This document shows positions 63,127 through 64,000 of a stretch of 64,000 nt of DNA, piece after piece. The notes below the pieces were generated by a model. It searched no databases. It was not told the origin of the DNA and saw only the letters and a list, made by a program, of their open reading frames with translations. Source of the DNA: a bacterium. GTDB lineage: Bacteria > Patescibacteriota > Minisyncoccia > UBA6257 > GWB1-50-10. How positions within the stretch are numbered: position 1 is the first letter of the stretch; each line of letters starts with the position of its first letter. The position numbers and the translations under genes are program-made. The stretch is from positions 4,990 to 68,989 of the forward strand of contig JAKAHD010000004.1 of NCBI GenBank assembly GCA_021815205.1, written 5' to 3'.

Positions 63127-64000
63127 ATGGCAAAATCGCATAAAACGACCCAGCAGAAAATAGGGTATTTCATCAAAAATCTCCGCGAAGAGCGGGGAAT
63201 GACGCAAGCGGAGTTTGCGAAGGCCTTAGGCACCTCTCAGTCCGCGGTCGCGCGGATGGAGGCGGGGAGACAGAACTTCAGCACGAATGAGCTTCAGAAG
63301 ATCAGTAGAATCCTCGAACGGAGCATCGTCTCCTTGTCGGAGTCGCTCGATTTTGAGGTGCGGGGCGGGCGGAAACTCTCGGGAACGATCGCGACGAACT
63401 TCTCGAAGAATGGCTCGGTGGCACTTCTCTGCGCCGCGCTTTTAAATAAGAACAAAACAACGCTTCACGGCATTTCCCGCATCGAGGAGGTGTACCGTCT
63501 CATCGAAATTATGGAGAGCATCGGCGTTTCCGTGAGGTGGATCATGAAGAACACGGTGGAAGTTACGCCGCCCGCGAAGTTCTCGCTCCAAGCGCTCGAC
63601 AAAGATGCCGCCTCGCGCATCCGCTCGAGTTTGATGCTTATCGGGCCCCTTACACATTGCGAGTCCGAGTTCAGTCTGCCGCACGCAGGCGGATGTAAGA
63701 TGGGAAACCGCACGATTGCGGCGCACCGCTATGGGCTCGAAAATCTTGGCGTTTCGATCGTGACAAAAAGCGACTATTACAAGATTGCGGCAAAGGAGAT
63801 GCACCCTTCGGAGGTTATAATGTACGAGGCGAGCGACACCGCGACGAACAACGTCCTCATGGCGGCGGCATTGATCCCCGGCGCGACGACGATCCGTTTC
63901 GCGCCGCCGAACTACCAGGTACAGGAGCTCTGCTTCTTCCTCGAAACGATGGGCGTGAAGATCGATGGTGTAGGCACGACAACGCTCACGGTACACGGCA
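63127..64000 (+). CDS. murA: UDP-N-acetylglucosamine 1-carboxyvinyltransferase (MurA) with an N-terminal ~70-aa XRE-type HTH extension. 3'-partial, continuing beyond the window end.
   Basis: Hand translation: HTH QKIGYFIKNLREERGMTQAEFAKALGTSQSAVARMEAGRQNFS. MurA core then follows: RKLSGTIATNFSKNGSVALLCAALL and catalytic-Cys loop LPHAGGCKMGNRT. No stop in frame before nt 64000. Confidence 0.7.
   Translation, partial: MAKSHKTTQQKIGYFIKNLREERGMTQAEFAKALGTSQSAVARMEAGRQNFSTNELQKISRILERSIVSLSESLDFEVRGGRKLSGTIATNFSKNGSVALLCAALLNKNKTTLHGISRIEEVYRLIEIMESIGVSVRWIMKNTVEVTPPAKFSLQALDKDAASRIRSSLMLIGPLTHCESEFSLPHAGGCKMGNRTIAAHRYGLENLGVSIVTKSDYYKIAAKEMHPSEVIMYEASDTATNNVLMAAALIPGATTIRFAPPNYQVQELCFFLETMGVKIDGVGTTTLTVHG

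Noticed and set aside
1-64000. Alternative genetic code (UGA recoding, as in some CPR lineages)
   Set aside because: All long housekeeping genes (gyrA, polA, pnp, dnaA, PBP1A) are full-length and intact under the standard code. TGA appears as a terminal stop (e.g. the ATGA overlaps).
1-64000. CRISPR array
   Set aside because: No regularly spaced direct repeats with unique spacers. The tandem hairpins at 18945-19090 are palindromic REP-like units without spacers.

Overview
This window reads like a genome-reduced monoderm bacterium, most consistent with Candidate Phyla Radiation / Patescibacteria (Parcubacteria-like). That lineage call is an inference from gene content only: a 4-domain short RpsA, a short YidC, a minimal VirB3/VirB4/VirB6/VirB2-type pilus-secretion system, and abundant PMT-type glycosyltransferase and pilin genes. 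The standard genetic code fits, since every long housekeeping ORF is intact under code 11. GC is moderately high with AT-rich intergenic islands.

Core content:
- Chromosomal replication-origin neighbourhood: rpmH-rnpA-yidC-jag divergent from dnaA-dnaN, with DnaA-box clusters.
- Housekeeping genes: gyrA, rpsA, rpsO-(NYN)-pnp, polA, ruvA/ruvB/ruvC (dispersed), holA, rpsT, tsaE, a murE-like ligase, PBP1A, rsmA(ksgA), comM/yifB, a dksA-like gene, an xer recombinase, tRNA-Leu(TAG), tRNA-Arg(CCG), and a 5'-partial murA carrying an N-terminal XRE-HTH extension.

Accessory content:
- A tandem array of four TrbC/VirB2-like pilin paralogs followed by a GT39/PMT glycosyltransferase (7.2-10.5 kb).
- A tightly packed ~13 kb plus-strand operon (23.5-36.3 kb). 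It encodes secreted hypotheticals, a VirB6/TrbL-like polytopic protein, a VirB3/PrgI-like protein, a VirB4 ATPase split into two translationally coupled genes, and a pilin fused to a Cys-rich extracellular domain. No coupling protein or relaxase is present in the window.
- An orphan PilB/GspE-type ATPase.

The most unusual property is the density of short dispersed palindromic repeat families (at least eight, labelled A-H below). Two of them are inserted in frame inside rsmA and the PMT glycosyltransferase; one sits in the loop of a terminator hairpin. A 34-bp perfect palindrome with 11-6-11 dif-like architecture lies beside the xer gene, and a co-varying second copy lies ~40 kb away.

No CRISPR array, rRNA, or IS transposase was seen.
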